DNA of 64,000 nt from Candidatus Latescibacterota bacterium. Lineage in GTDB: Bacteria; Latescibacterota; UBA2968; SICM01. Numbering within the stretch: position 1 is the stretch's first letter; every line of letters starts with the position of its first letter. Under the pieces are notes generated by a model. It worked only from the letters and a program-made list of their open reading frames with translations. It did not search any database and had not been told where the DNA came from. Below are positions 40,942 through 50,748 of the stretch, one piece after another. The translations under genes were made by a program, and so were the position numbers. The stretch spans positions 2,016,001 through 2,080,000 of the forward strand of contig CBDCJO010000002.1 in NCBI GenBank assembly GCA_965217865.1, given 5' to 3'.

Positions 40942-42885
40942 TCAAATCCGTCCCGTCAGGATCGCGACCACCGAACTTGTGGCGGCGATGACCGCTTGCC
41001 CCATGATCAACCCTAAGAAAAACGGCCGGGTTCGGCCGTAGAGCGATGCGCCTCCATACTTCAACACGTTTCGCTTGATCAACCACGCCGCCAGCATATT
41101 GACCCACCAGGACGGACAGATCGTGCCGACGGGGAAGCCGATCGGATGGACCGGCCACCAGAAGAAACGTTGCCGAGCAAAAATCAAGGAACCCATCGCC
41201 ACGGCCCCGACCCCCGCCCATAGAAGACGGATCGGCTGTCCCTCCGAGGAAGGATCCCCGATGGCCCCTCCGAAGTAGATGACCTTGGAGGCCAGAGATC
41301 CGATCACATGCCCGCTGTAAGCAAATCCCAGGGTTCCCATCGTGGTGACATAATACAAAATAGCAGCAGCCGTGCCCACACCTCCGGCCAGTAGACCAAG
41401 AATCAGTGCGTATCCGAGAGGACGGAACTTCATGGTTTTCCGGTGTGTCAGCTTAAGCACAGTGGATGTGCTGGCCATGACGTGCGGCCCCTGCGGATAG
41501 GACCAGGGATAGGCCAGGAAAAAACCTGCCAGTGTGGAACTGCCGAGCATCTGCGTCCCCCCCGAGTTGACCAGTACCTGTACGGGAGACAATGGAGCGG
41601 ACATCACCACCCCGGCCTCTGCCAGGATGCGTGTGACCCCGATAAATACGATCAGCATGATCCCGACGAAAATCAGCGCCCCCCACAAAGAGACCCCCAT
41701 CACCCCGAGCCAATAGCAGATAAACGCGAACCCCACGATCGATCCCAGGACAGCGGACCGGTAGGAGAATATCTCATCGCTGTCATCCACATCCGGGGCC
41801 GACCCGAATGCTTTTCGGCAGACATCCTTCACGTGATGACGAGCCTCGTAGAGACCCAATCCCACCAGCACGGCCAGCGCCCCCAGGGCCTCCTGATGAA
41901 GGTGGGTGTAGTGGACGTAAGGATCATAGGGTGGGCTGCCCAGTATCGGACTGGCTGATGTCACGATCAGAAAAATCTGACCGTAAGAGATCAGCGTGAA
42001 CAGGAGAATGCTGCTTAAAATCTCCAGAGAAACAAGATAGCTGATCCCCAGGACGAAGAAGTGGGCGTAGATGAGCAGCCCGATCGAGTTGCGGTAGAAG
42101 CGCGTGTAGAAGTAGAGCCGGACGGCCGGGATGAAAGGCAGGAACCGGTTGGCGATGACGCTCAACCCGATCAGCGCGGGCGGGACAAACCCGAACCAGA
42201 AGATCTTGTCGTGAAAAAGCGGACCCCTTCCCGGTTTCCCCTCTATCAGAGACAGGGGAAGTTGTGCCAACGGAAACGGCAGCCGCTCCTGCTCCAACCA
42301 CGGCTTCCGAAGGATGACCATCAGCGACATCAGGGTGAAGTAGAACACCCCTAAAAACACACCCCACGCACACAGGGGTCCCACCCATGCCCGGTAGGGG
42401 AACCGGGCCCCGCCGAAGAACCCCTCGAAGAAACCCTTCGCTGCGGCCGGGTCGTTGACAACCAGACCCTCAGGAAGAATCGGGAGAACGAGATTTTCCC
42501 AATCGTTCTCATGCGTGGCATAATAAACAAATCCAACCAGGTGGGGGAACAGATAAATCACGACGCTGGAGGCCGCCGGGACCATCAGGGTCATCGAAAA
42601 TATGACCAGCAGCTCCTGCGGCCTCAAACCCGATCTGACGATCCCCGCCCGCTTCATCAGACCGATAGTACAGATCAGCCCGAACAGCAGAGACAACGGT
42701 CCGGCGCCGAAACCGTCCTGCGTCAGACTCGGACTTCCCCCGAGGGACTGCTCGGACACGATCAGAAAGGCCAGCAAGATGCTCAGGGTGAGGCCGATCA
42801 GCACCGCCGGCGGGGTCACCCCGGATGAGGGACGAACTTGCTCAACCGGTCCATCAGTTTGGACTTCACCGGCCGTTACGGTCAC
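40942..42885 (-). CDS. DUF6785/DUF6784-type (OPT-like) membrane protein, paralog 2
   Basis: Collinear with 33537..35474 (ERLPFPLAQLP, YTHLHQE, WWPVHPIG, AILTGRI*). Confidence 0.75.
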   Translation of the reverse strand: MTVTAGEVQTDGPVEQVRPSSGVTPPAVLIGLTLSILLAFLIVSEQSLGGSPSLTQDGFGAGPLSLLFGLICTIGLMKRAGIVRSGLRPQELLVIFSMTLMVPAASSVVIYLFPHLVGFVYYATHENDWENLVLPILPEGLVVNDPAAAKGFFEGFFGGARFPYRAWVGPLCAWGVFLGVFYFTLMSLMVILRKPWLEQERLPFPLAQLPLSLIEGKPGRGPLFHDKIFWFGFVPPALIGLSVIANRFLPFIPAVRLYFYTRFYRNSIGLLIYAHFFVLGISYLVSLEILSSILLFTLISYGQIFLIVTSASPILGSPPYDPYVHYTHLHQEALGALAVLVGLGLYEARHHVKDVCRKAFGSAPDVDDSDEIFSYRSAVLGSIVGFAFICYWLGVMGVSLWGALIFVGIMLIVFIGVTRILAEAGVVMSAPLSPVQVLVNSGGTQMLGSSTLAGFFLAYPWSYPQGPHVMASTSTVLKLTHRKTMKFRPLGYALILGLLAGGVGTAAAILYYVTTMGTLGFAYSGHVIGSLASKVIYFGGAIGDPSSEGQPIRLLWAGVGAVAMGSLIFARQRFFWWPVHPIGFPVGTICPSWWVNMLAAWLIKRNVLKYGGASLYGRTRPFFLGLIMGQAVIAATSSVVAILTGRI

Positions 42886-42915
42886 ATCCGTCCCCGTGTG
42901 ATAATCTGAATCAAT

Positions 42916-43653
42916 TCAGCCATCTGACTCCTGGGGGGTCCTGCGAAAGTAGTCCTCCCAGCGCTCCAGGGGCTCGAATCCTAGGATCCGCTTGGCCTTC
43001 TCCGTCGGGTACTTCCCGTGGGAAAGATAGCTGTTCAGGTTAAAGGCTTGGAAATGGTCGGGGACAGACGCGAGCTCCAGTGCCAGCCGGCACGCCCGTT
43101 CCAGGTCCTCCCACACGATGCTGAAGGACGAGAAGTCCCGGCCGGACACCGGTTCTGTGGGCCTGGGGCCTATTCCCCTAAGCAGAAAACAGACGGTCTG
43201 GATGCCGTAGGCTCGCGCGTAGATCCTGCAAATCTCACCACCGAGGAACTTGGTGATGCCATAGTATCCGGTGCCCGGGACCCCCGGAACGTCGTCCAGA
43301 TCGAACTCGTGTCCATACCAATCCCTGACCTGCTCGGGACCGGTCTGAACGACCTTTTTGATGCCCAGCTCCGCGGCCGCCTTCATGATGTGATAGGCCC
43401 CAACCGTGTTGACCGCAAAACTTTCAATGGGGTCGGGGCGAACGACTGTAAAATTCGCGATGGCATCCACGCCGCGAGCGGCCTCCAGCACCTGTTCATA
43501 GAAGGTCACATCCACGTTGAGGACAGGTCTTCCATCAGGGTAGGGTTTGATGTCGGCCAGACGCAGCTCGTAGTCGCGCTCCAGGCCGGGTATGATGTGA
43601 GGCGCGATCCTTCCGGAGGCGCCGAGAAACAGGACCTTTTTCATCCTCGTCAA
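42916..43653 (-). CDS. NAD-dependent epimerase/dehydratase (uronate-dehydrogenase-like SDR)
   Basis: GASGRIA, YGITK (YxxxK), ILGFEP. Confidence 0.82.
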   Translation of the reverse strand: MTRMKKVLFLGASGRIAPHIIPGLERDYELRLADIKPYPDGRPVLNVDVTFYEQVLEAARGVDAIANFTVVRPDPIESFAVNTVGAYHIMKAAAELGIKKVVQTGPEQVRDWYGHEFDLDDVPGVPGTGYYGITKFLGGEICRIYARAYGIQTVCFLLRGIGPRPTEPVSGRDFSSFSIVWEDLERACRLALELASVPDHFQAFNLNSYLSHGKYPTEKAKRILGFEPLERWEDYFRRTPQESDG

Positions 43654-44396
43654 GCGTCCTCTTTCGTCCGCACGAAGTTATGCGTGGGCTTGTAGCCCAT
43701 GCCTTCGGCCCTGTGAATCAGATATTTCGGGTTGGGTATATTCGCGCAGATATGATACACCGCCCATCGCCTCGCCCACCATACATCGCCGCTGTGGTCC
43801 CGACTCAAGGCACACCGGAACGCACGAGCGGCATCCCTGAAGTCGAGCCACATCGGATCGGCGGGGTGGCCTCCGGTCTCCTCCTCCACCACCAATTTTC
43901 CGAGTCGTAAGGAAGTGACCGTAATCATTTGGCACCGGGCGAACTCGCGACAAGTCAGTTCACCCAGGTATCGAGTCATCTGCGTGATTTCAGGTGTCGG
44001 GAGGGGTTTCCAGGCTTCGCTGATGTACACATCGTCTGCGTACGCGCTGAAAAAGGACAGGCTGCCGGCATAGATGAAACGCTTTACCCCGGCCTCGATC
44101 CCGGCTTGAAACAGGACATGGGTCCCACGAGTAGCCAGATCGAGCAGGGTCTGATCCCGCTGATGTTCATCCGTGGGGATGTCGGATGGAGGTTCTCCAG
44201 TATGAATAAGAGCCTCCATCCCGCTTACAGCCCTCTGTGCATCATCCGGTTCCAGGATACTTCCCTGGAAAAACTCTGCTTTGCCGTCCGGATCCACCCG
44301 GACGCTGTCCATCAGGCGCAGCTGATGATCTCGACCCAGCTCAGTCGCTACGGCGCGCGCAAGCCGGCTTGATGCCCCTGTGATCAGGATCTTCAT
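43650..44396 (-). CDS. NAD-dependent epimerase/dehydratase family, atypical
   Basis: MKILITGASS, GYKPTHNF; YxxxK appears absent (QMTRYLGE). Confidence 0.75.
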   Translation of the reverse strand: MKILITGASSRLARAVATELGRDHQLRLMDSVRVDPDGKAEFFQGSILEPDDAQRAVSGMEALIHTGEPPSDIPTDEHQRDQTLLDLATRGTHVLFQAGIEAGVKRFIYAGSLSFFSAYADDVYISEAWKPLPTPEITQMTRYLGELTCREFARCQMITVTSLRLGKLVVEEETGGHPADPMWLDFRDAARAFRCALSRDHSGDVWWARRWAVYHICANIPNPKYLIHRAEGMGYKPTHNFVRTKEDA

Positions 44397-44505
44397 AAGA
44401 CCTTTTATCGAGACGCCCTCACACGCAGGCAGAAGACGGCATCTTTCTCCCCCCAGGATCCCGGAGCCCCATTACTTCCGTTTACCATTCGATCGTAGAC
44501 GAATC

Positions 44506-46560
44506 TTACGATTCAAAAACCACTGCAGTGTGGATCTCGACTTCGGGGATCTCTATCTTGGCTTGGCCTCCCCCATAGCTCCATTCCGGCCTCGTGCCAT
44601 CCGGTTCCAGGGTGACCTTCTCGGGTTGTTTGTCCATCCGTATCGTCAAAACAACATCCCGCACGGGCAGCGTCTCTTCGATGCACAGATTGTTCCCGTC
44701 GGCCGGCCGGTTGCCGTGGTGGTTCACCAGGTGAACAATCGTGCGGCTCCCCGATGCAGTGGCCTGTTCGGACAGCGCCACCTCCAGCCAGGCCGGGGAC
44801 TCCAGACGGATCGGGAAGTCCGGGGCCAACTTCCGAATCAAGGACGATACCACACGCTTTAGCGGCCAGACGTTCTTGGCATGATAGGCCTCAAAAATAT
44901 CGAACGGGATGTAGGAAACCGCCCCCTTCCCCACCCGCCGGAACGTGATCCCCGGATGTCCAGTCGATTCACCCGGGGGGGACCAGGAAAGCAGGGGCTT
45001 GCCGTCCCCCCGAAGATACGCCCGCCACAACTCAGCCAGGGTCTCCACGTCATTCGCCTGGGGACCCACCAGAAGCCCCGTCCCGTCGATCAGATAGGGC
45101 ATCGGAAGACGCTCCTCAACCAGTTCGGGATCCGTCACGTTCAGATAGCAGTGCGGCCCAACCTCCTGTCCGGTTAACGACACGCCCGTCAATTCGCTCA
45201 AGGCGAAGTCGCCGGTCGGCTCATAATCCGCGCCAAGCATCCCGGACCGTCCGGTCACCAGAAGACCGCCGCCCTCCTTGACGTAGCCCTCTATCGCATC
45301 GACCAGCTCATGGCGCAACCGCCGCTGATCCGAGAGCACGATCACAGGACACCGGTCCGCTGAATGCCTTTCGTGGATGTGGGACAACAGCCAGGCTTCG
45401 TCAACGAAATGGTGCGGAAGCCCCGTCTCCATCAAAAGCTTATGCGCCCCCCACTGGCTCACCGAGTCCACCCGCAGCATCGCCCCCCTGTTGAAATGGG
45501 CGTCCTCCGTATGAAGCACTGCGACACACGCGCGGGGCGCACTATCCAACAGAAGGGATTCCCGCTCCTTCACAAACCCGAGCGTCTTGCCCATTTCGGC
45601 CATGACTGCCGGTGCCACCTCGAACGTGTGCGTCATCTGATACCCGATCCACGTGAGGCCACCGTTCGCGATCGCCGTCGCCACCTCGTGTTTCATGGCC
45701 GTTGCGGGCTTGCACCCCCAGTCCCCCCACCACCCCAGATGCGCGGAGTTCATCACATCGAACGGGATACCCTTTGTGGCCCAGCCCCGCGCGTCATAGG
45801 ATCCGCTGAACATCTGGTCCTTGGGAAAGATATCCGCCCCCAGCGCGCCCACGTGCGCGGGGAAGCGCTCCGGGATGCGCATCGTATAGGACCAGTTGTA
45901 GGAGACGATCAATTCCCGCCGATGGCGATGGATCGTATCGCTGATCGACTGCCGGATGCCCCGGATGTCCTCCAGAAGCCACTTTACGAACGGGACCCAT
46001 TGAGGGTCGTTTTGATCGACGGGAAGCGGTCCCCCCACCTCCTTTGAAAAACGATCGCCACAGCTCTGGCAACCGCACGCCAGGTTCGCCTTGAGACCGT
46101 CGAAGAACAGGGCGTCCAGCGGGTAGTTCGTCACGATCTCTTCGATGTGGGGAAGAAAGTAGGCTTCGAGAAGCGGGCCCTGCATGCAGATCTCGTTGCC
46201 GATCAGCTCCCCCCGGACATCCCTCTGGCGCCACTCGGGACGCTCCCGGCAGATCGGCTCGCTGTTGAACACGTGGTAATACCCGATCGCCTTGATCCCC
46301 CGCCGATGCAGGGCTTCGATCTGATCCTCCACCATGTCCAGCCCCTCCGGCAGATGGGGGTGGACATACCGCAATTTGCCCCGCCTGTAAAACGACCAGC
46401 CGTAGAAACACTTGCAGAACACCGAAACCGCCTGGGCCTGGGTCGACGCCACCTGGTCCGCCCAGCGCTCTGCGTCGAACGCTGAGGCAAGACCCACAGC
46501 CGTCTCCTGGCTGTGAAAGTCGAAAAAAAGCTTTCGACATGCCGTGTCATACCAGGTCAT
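44506..46560 (-). CDS. GHL6/GH42-like protein with beta-galactosidase trimerisation-type domain, copy A
   Basis: LFFDFHS, FDAERWAD, YVHPHL, YPLDALFFDG, IVHLVNH; no signal peptide. Confidence 0.7.
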   Translation of the reverse strand: MTWYDTACRKLFFDFHSQETAVGLASAFDAERWADQVASTQAQAVSVFCKCFYGWSFYRRGKLRYVHPHLPEGLDMVEDQIEALHRRGIKAIGYYHVFNSEPICRERPEWRQRDVRGELIGNEICMQGPLLEAYFLPHIEEIVTNYPLDALFFDGLKANLACGCQSCGDRFSKEVGGPLPVDQNDPQWVPFVKWLLEDIRGIRQSISDTIHRHRRELIVSYNWSYTMRIPERFPAHVGALGADIFPKDQMFSGSYDARGWATKGIPFDVMNSAHLGWWGDWGCKPATAMKHEVATAIANGGLTWIGYQMTHTFEVAPAVMAEMGKTLGFVKERESLLLDSAPRACVAVLHTEDAHFNRGAMLRVDSVSQWGAHKLLMETGLPHHFVDEAWLLSHIHERHSADRCPVIVLSDQRRLRHELVDAIEGYVKEGGGLLVTGRSGMLGADYEPTGDFALSELTGVSLTGQEVGPHCYLNVTDPELVEERLPMPYLIDGTGLLVGPQANDVETLAELWRAYLRGDGKPLLSWSPPGESTGHPGITFRRVGKGAVSYIPFDIFEAYHAKNVWPLKRVVSSLIRKLAPDFPIRLESPAWLEVALSEQATASGSRTIVHLVNHHGNRPADGNNLCIEETLPVRDVVLTIRMDKQPEKVTLEPDGTRPEWSYGGGQAKIEIPEVEIHTAVVFES

Positions 46561-46587
46561 CCTGTCTCCCGTCTGCCGTTTTACGTT

Positions 46588-48525
46588 TCACGTCTCACGG
46601 CCCTTGATTGTCACCACCGCATACTCATCGAGTTCGCTGAGCTGAAATCGGATCCCACCTTCGTCGATCGCCACATCCTTCAATTCATGCTGTGTCTTAT
46701 CGGGCGAAATCACTTCTCCAAGGCCGTCCGCCCGTACGGGAAGGATCAATGAAACATCAAGTTTCCCGATGGGCTCATCTCCATAGTTCAAAAGGTGAAG
46801 GAACCAACTTGAGCCATCGACTTTCTTTCTTAAATTCGCGATCACATGCGGAGAGCCGACCCGGACCAGGGGCGAGTCTGCGACGCCGCTGATCTCATCG
46901 GCAAGCTTCTTCGCGACCTCCGTGTCTCTCCCCGCCACCTCCCATACGCGATCCGACCATGTGAAATCGGCCAGGTCACGGAAATCCGCACCCCCGCTGC
47001 AGACCGCCACCTTACCCCCTTCCCCCCGATAGGTCGGGAGGACCTCCATCATGTCCCAATCGGGGGCGGATGCCCCAGCGCTCACGATCAGTTTGTAACG
47101 GGAAAGATGAACCCGGGCCAGGGCGCGAACCTCTATGATATCGTAAAGGATGTTTAAACGCGTCAACGCATCCAGGACATCCGCCTCCCACGATGGACCG
47201 TAGACCAGGATCGCGATGGAGGCCGTGGATTCCGTGTCCCTGTAGAGATCGGAATGCGTATTCAAAAAACGATTTGAATCTCCGAAGGCGCGGACCAGAG
47301 ACACCACCTCCGGAACCCCGTCCAGGAGACCGGCATTCGTGTATCCCGTCAGATAACGGGCCGCACTCCCGCCGAAAGCAGCGGCCTCATACGAAAAAAG
47401 GTGCTGTGTGCGTGGGGAAAAGCCTGTATCCGCATAACGGGGAACCTCCGTGAACATCGACTTGCCCTGAGGCAGATGACCCAGTAGATACCGGTTCGGA
47501 CTTCGGATGTTTTCGACTTTGGGGAGATTGTTCTCGTCGATCCCGGGGACACACAGGTTCCATTCGTTGTAGATCACATCGCATACATCCTCCAGAGGGA
47601 TGTTCTGCGGACGGTCGTACACGTGGATGTTCCACTGGATGATAGCGGTCGACTTCTGTTCCTGTCGCAACCAGCGATAAATCTCCGGAAGGAAGATATT
47701 CAGATCCTCCGTCGGGGATTCGCAGTTGTCGAAGAAAAAGGCATCGACTCCCGCCTCAAGGGCGCGCCGCATCCGCTCTTTAGTGTATTCGAGCCATCCG
47801 GGTTGTCGCAAATTGGCCAACCAGCGTTTCTCTCTCCCCGCGTAGAGCATATGCCTACCCCCCTCGACGTGGGGCCATTCCTTCGAGGCGGGCTCGCTCT
47901 CCAGCATCTCCTCCCAGAAGATATTGTTGGCTGAAAGATATGCGCTTACGCGAATGTCCGCATCGTGACACTTCTGGATCACACGTTTGCACTGCTCGAA
48001 CTGGACGCTTTCTTTCTCGATTGAAAAACCGTTGCTCCAGGTGATCCAGACCCAGTTGATCCCCCCTTCCCTCAGATATTCAATCGCCTCGTCGAGGCGG
48101 TCCGTATACACCGCGCTCAACATCTTAAAGCCTTCCTCGGTCAGGGACCAGCCCGTGATATGCCCTTTCTCCTCTTCGAGGTATCCGCCGTCAAACCGCA
48201 TATATTTGAAGGCCCCCTGCCTCGCCCAGTTCGGGAGTTTTTTGGGGTCAGCCCTTTCACCCTCCGGGACGGCCCAGCCTTTCCAATCCTCACCCTCAAC
48301 CCAGCTCGCGAACCGGGTCTCGAGCGTCTCAGGGAAACCGCGGGGCTCACCCTTGCCCCAAAGGCCACGTCCGACAATCCAGTTGTCCAGCTCCTCTTTT
48401 CGGAACCGCCATCCGGAAGTAAGATTCAGAGCCGGGGCGACTCCGCGCTTTACGAAGTGTGTCAACAGTTCGGGTTTCGTCCCGAGGTAATTCGCGGCCT
48501 CATCGATCGTCAGAAGCTCTTCCAT
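46588..48525 (-). CDS. excisionase-type HTH fused to a glycoside-hydrolase-like domain
   Basis: N-terminal LLTIDEAANYLG...WRFRKEELDNWI; later GVDAFFFDN, FLHLLNY. Confidence 0.65.
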   Translation of the reverse strand: MEELLTIDEAANYLGTKPELLTHFVKRGVAPALNLTSGWRFRKEELDNWIVGRGLWGKGEPRGFPETLETRFASWVEGEDWKGWAVPEGERADPKKLPNWARQGAFKYMRFDGGYLEEEKGHITGWSLTEEGFKMLSAVYTDRLDEAIEYLREGGINWVWITWSNGFSIEKESVQFEQCKRVIQKCHDADIRVSAYLSANNIFWEEMLESEPASKEWPHVEGGRHMLYAGREKRWLANLRQPGWLEYTKERMRRALEAGVDAFFFDNCESPTEDLNIFLPEIYRWLRQEQKSTAIIQWNIHVYDRPQNIPLEDVCDVIYNEWNLCVPGIDENNLPKVENIRSPNRYLLGHLPQGKSMFTEVPRYADTGFSPRTQHLFSYEAAAFGGSAARYLTGYTNAGLLDGVPEVVSLVRAFGDSNRFLNTHSDLYRDTESTASIAILVYGPSWEADVLDALTRLNILYDIIEVRALARVHLSRYKLIVSAGASAPDWDMMEVLPTYRGEGGKVAVCSGGADFRDLADFTWSDRVWEVAGRDTEVAKKLADEISGVADSPLVRVGSPHVIANLRKKVDGSSWFLHLLNYGDEPIGKLDVSLILPVRADGLGEVISPDKTQHELKDVAIDEGGIRFQLSELDEYAVVTIKGRET

Positions 48526-48600
48526 GCCCGACCTTTCCAGAAAAAAATCGATACCTCCAATAGTTTAGTGCTCATCCCGCGAACGGATCCCCCACGGGCA

Positions 48601-50724
48601 TTAAAAATGGTTCATCTTCCTCCCAGGATGGTTTTTCAGATCGACTTCGGGTACCCCCACACCCAGCTTCTTCCAATCGATATCCCGGAACATAAGCCTT
48701 AAGAAACCCCGATCCACCTTCAGCTTGAATATTCGCACATCATTGGCCGGAACCGCGCAGAGGAGCTCACCGTCCCGAAGGCACGCCTCCGAGTGTCCCA
48801 GCCAGGCCTCAAAGGCCTCGATCTCCTCTCCTTTGATCCGAACCTTCCCTTCCCACGGAACATCAGGCGAATTGTTGCACAAAGTCACGAGAACCTCGTC
48901 TTCTCTGTCCGTGACATTGACGACGTAGAAGATGTCTCGGCCCTCGATCTCCACAAGGTTCAGCTCTTCGAGCAGCCCCCCCAGCGCGTGCCGGATCCCC
49001 TTGAGAAACTCGTGACGCTTCTCGTTCTTTCCCCACCCCCGGGCCGTCACAAGATAAAGCCTGCCTTTTCCCGAAGCGCTCTGAATCACCAGGGGGTCGC
49101 CGTGGGAGGTCCGCAGAAGGACCTGGCCTCCGTTAGCCTGGACCTGCCGGTATTCAAACGACGCTTCCCGGAACCGCCTGCCGTCGAAAGCTTCCACCTC
49201 CCCGGAATGGGACTTCCACACATCGGATTCCGGGATCCCCGAGATAGACGCGGAAATCGGCCCCTGGTCCACCCCCGTCACAACGATTCCGCCCCCTTCC
49301 AGGAAATCCGTCAGCCTTTGCCCCAAACCCGCCCGGTCTTCCACCCTCAGATCTCCCAGCAGGACCACTGCCCGGTACTTCTCCAGACACCCCAAAGAAG
49401 CGTTGGACAGGATGATCTCAAACAGATCCCCGTAGGGGGTGTTCGTGATGTATCCCCGTTCATCCCGGTAGTAGCTACCATGTTCGTAGCCCGGATAGAC
49501 CCAGCGGAAGAGGTTGTCGATCTGATAGTCCAGCCTGGAATAGGGAATGTTCCCCCAGACATGGTCCTCGTCCTTGCGATACAGATGCCGCGCCTGATTC
49601 CAGCCGTGATCGTAGTCCAGCATCAGAGCGACCGGCATGTAGGGCACGCCCCTGAGAGGATGATCGGTTACGAACTCCTGGGCTTCGACGTGAAGTCTTC
49701 CCAGCGGCGTCAGGATACCCTCCAACAACGCGGGTTCCGGCTTCTCCGATTCGAGGAACGCCTTCATCGGGGCCTCGTACTGTGCGGCAGGGGGAGGGTT
49801 GAGCTTGGAATCGTATACGTAGCCCCCCTGGAAGTACACAATCGAGGACCCATACATGTAGGCCGCATACCACTCCCGCTTGCTTAACCCCTCGGTGAAC
49901 CCGAAGTCCGCCCCGCTGATATTCGACCCTCTGGGGCTCTGATTGACAATCACTCTCCCATCCGGATGGTATTCTTTTCCCCCCCACGGTGTGTCGACCG
50001 CCGAGGAGATACTCACCGAAGTCAATAGATCGTACTGCTTGGAGGCCCCCCTGCAGAAACACCAGAGAATCATATCCGAGGGGAGTTTTTCTACTGTCTC
50101 GACGCCAAGCATGCGAGTTTCGTGTTCGGCGGCATAATGGCAGCCATATCCCAGGGAGCATATCGACATCTGTCGGTGCTGACCGTCCTGCACCGTCACG
50201 GAATAGATCGCGTCAAGCGCGTGATCGTATTCCTCGTGCGCCTCGATCCTTGTTCGGCCGGGTTTCAAGCGGTCCGGGGATAGTGGTTCACCCGGCCACC
50301 CCCATCCGCGGGTGTACCCCCCGTCGAACTCCGAGTCCCCCTTCCCCCCCAGGTACCGTTCCCCAAACTTATCTTTAAAAAATTGGCTATAGCCTAATAC
50401 CTCTTCCGGGGTACCGCTCAGCCCCATGTAATGGAGGTAGATCCCTGCATCAGCCAACCTCTGGATCGTCTCCATGCCCCCCGGCACCTCCTCTCCGTCG
50501 TCCGTCCTGATCCAGAGTTTATTGTAAAAATATGTGGTTGAGGTAAAACCATAGTCCAGCATCGCTTTGATCAGGACCTTGTCATTTGGAGAATAGACAA
50601 AGGTCGAAGTCCTAAGATCGCATTTCAATTCCGCGCGGGAGACCGGCTTGGTTTTGCATCTCAGGTAGCGTTCACTCTCTTCGGGTACAACCGGGTAATT
50701 GTAGATAGGCCGAAGCGAAGACAT
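48601..50724 (-). CDS. hypothetical glycoside-hydrolase-like protein, family X paralog 2
   Basis: 707 aa, collinear with 35533..37680; AGGAGG RBS. Confidence 0.6.
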   Translation of the reverse strand: MSSLRPIYNYPVVPEESERYLRCKTKPVSRAELKCDLRTSTFVYSPNDKVLIKAMLDYGFTSTTYFYNKLWIRTDDGEEVPGGMETIQRLADAGIYLHYMGLSGTPEEVLGYSQFFKDKFGERYLGGKGDSEFDGGYTRGWGWPGEPLSPDRLKPGRTRIEAHEEYDHALDAIYSVTVQDGQHRQMSICSLGYGCHYAAEHETRMLGVETVEKLPSDMILWCFCRGASKQYDLLTSVSISSAVDTPWGGKEYHPDGRVIVNQSPRGSNISGADFGFTEGLSKREWYAAYMYGSSIVYFQGGYVYDSKLNPPPAAQYEAPMKAFLESEKPEPALLEGILTPLGRLHVEAQEFVTDHPLRGVPYMPVALMLDYDHGWNQARHLYRKDEDHVWGNIPYSRLDYQIDNLFRWVYPGYEHGSYYRDERGYITNTPYGDLFEIILSNASLGCLEKYRAVVLLGDLRVEDRAGLGQRLTDFLEGGGIVVTGVDQGPISASISGIPESDVWKSHSGEVEAFDGRRFREASFEYRQVQANGGQVLLRTSHGDPLVIQSASGKGRLYLVTARGWGKNEKRHEFLKGIRHALGGLLEELNLVEIEGRDIFYVVNVTDREDEVLVTLCNNSPDVPWEGKVRIKGEEIEAFEAWLGHSEACLRDGELLCAVPANDVRIFKLKVDRGFLRLMFRDIDWKKLGVGVPEVDLKNHPGRKMNHF

Positions 50725-50748
50725 TTCGTTTCCTCCTGTTAAACTCAG

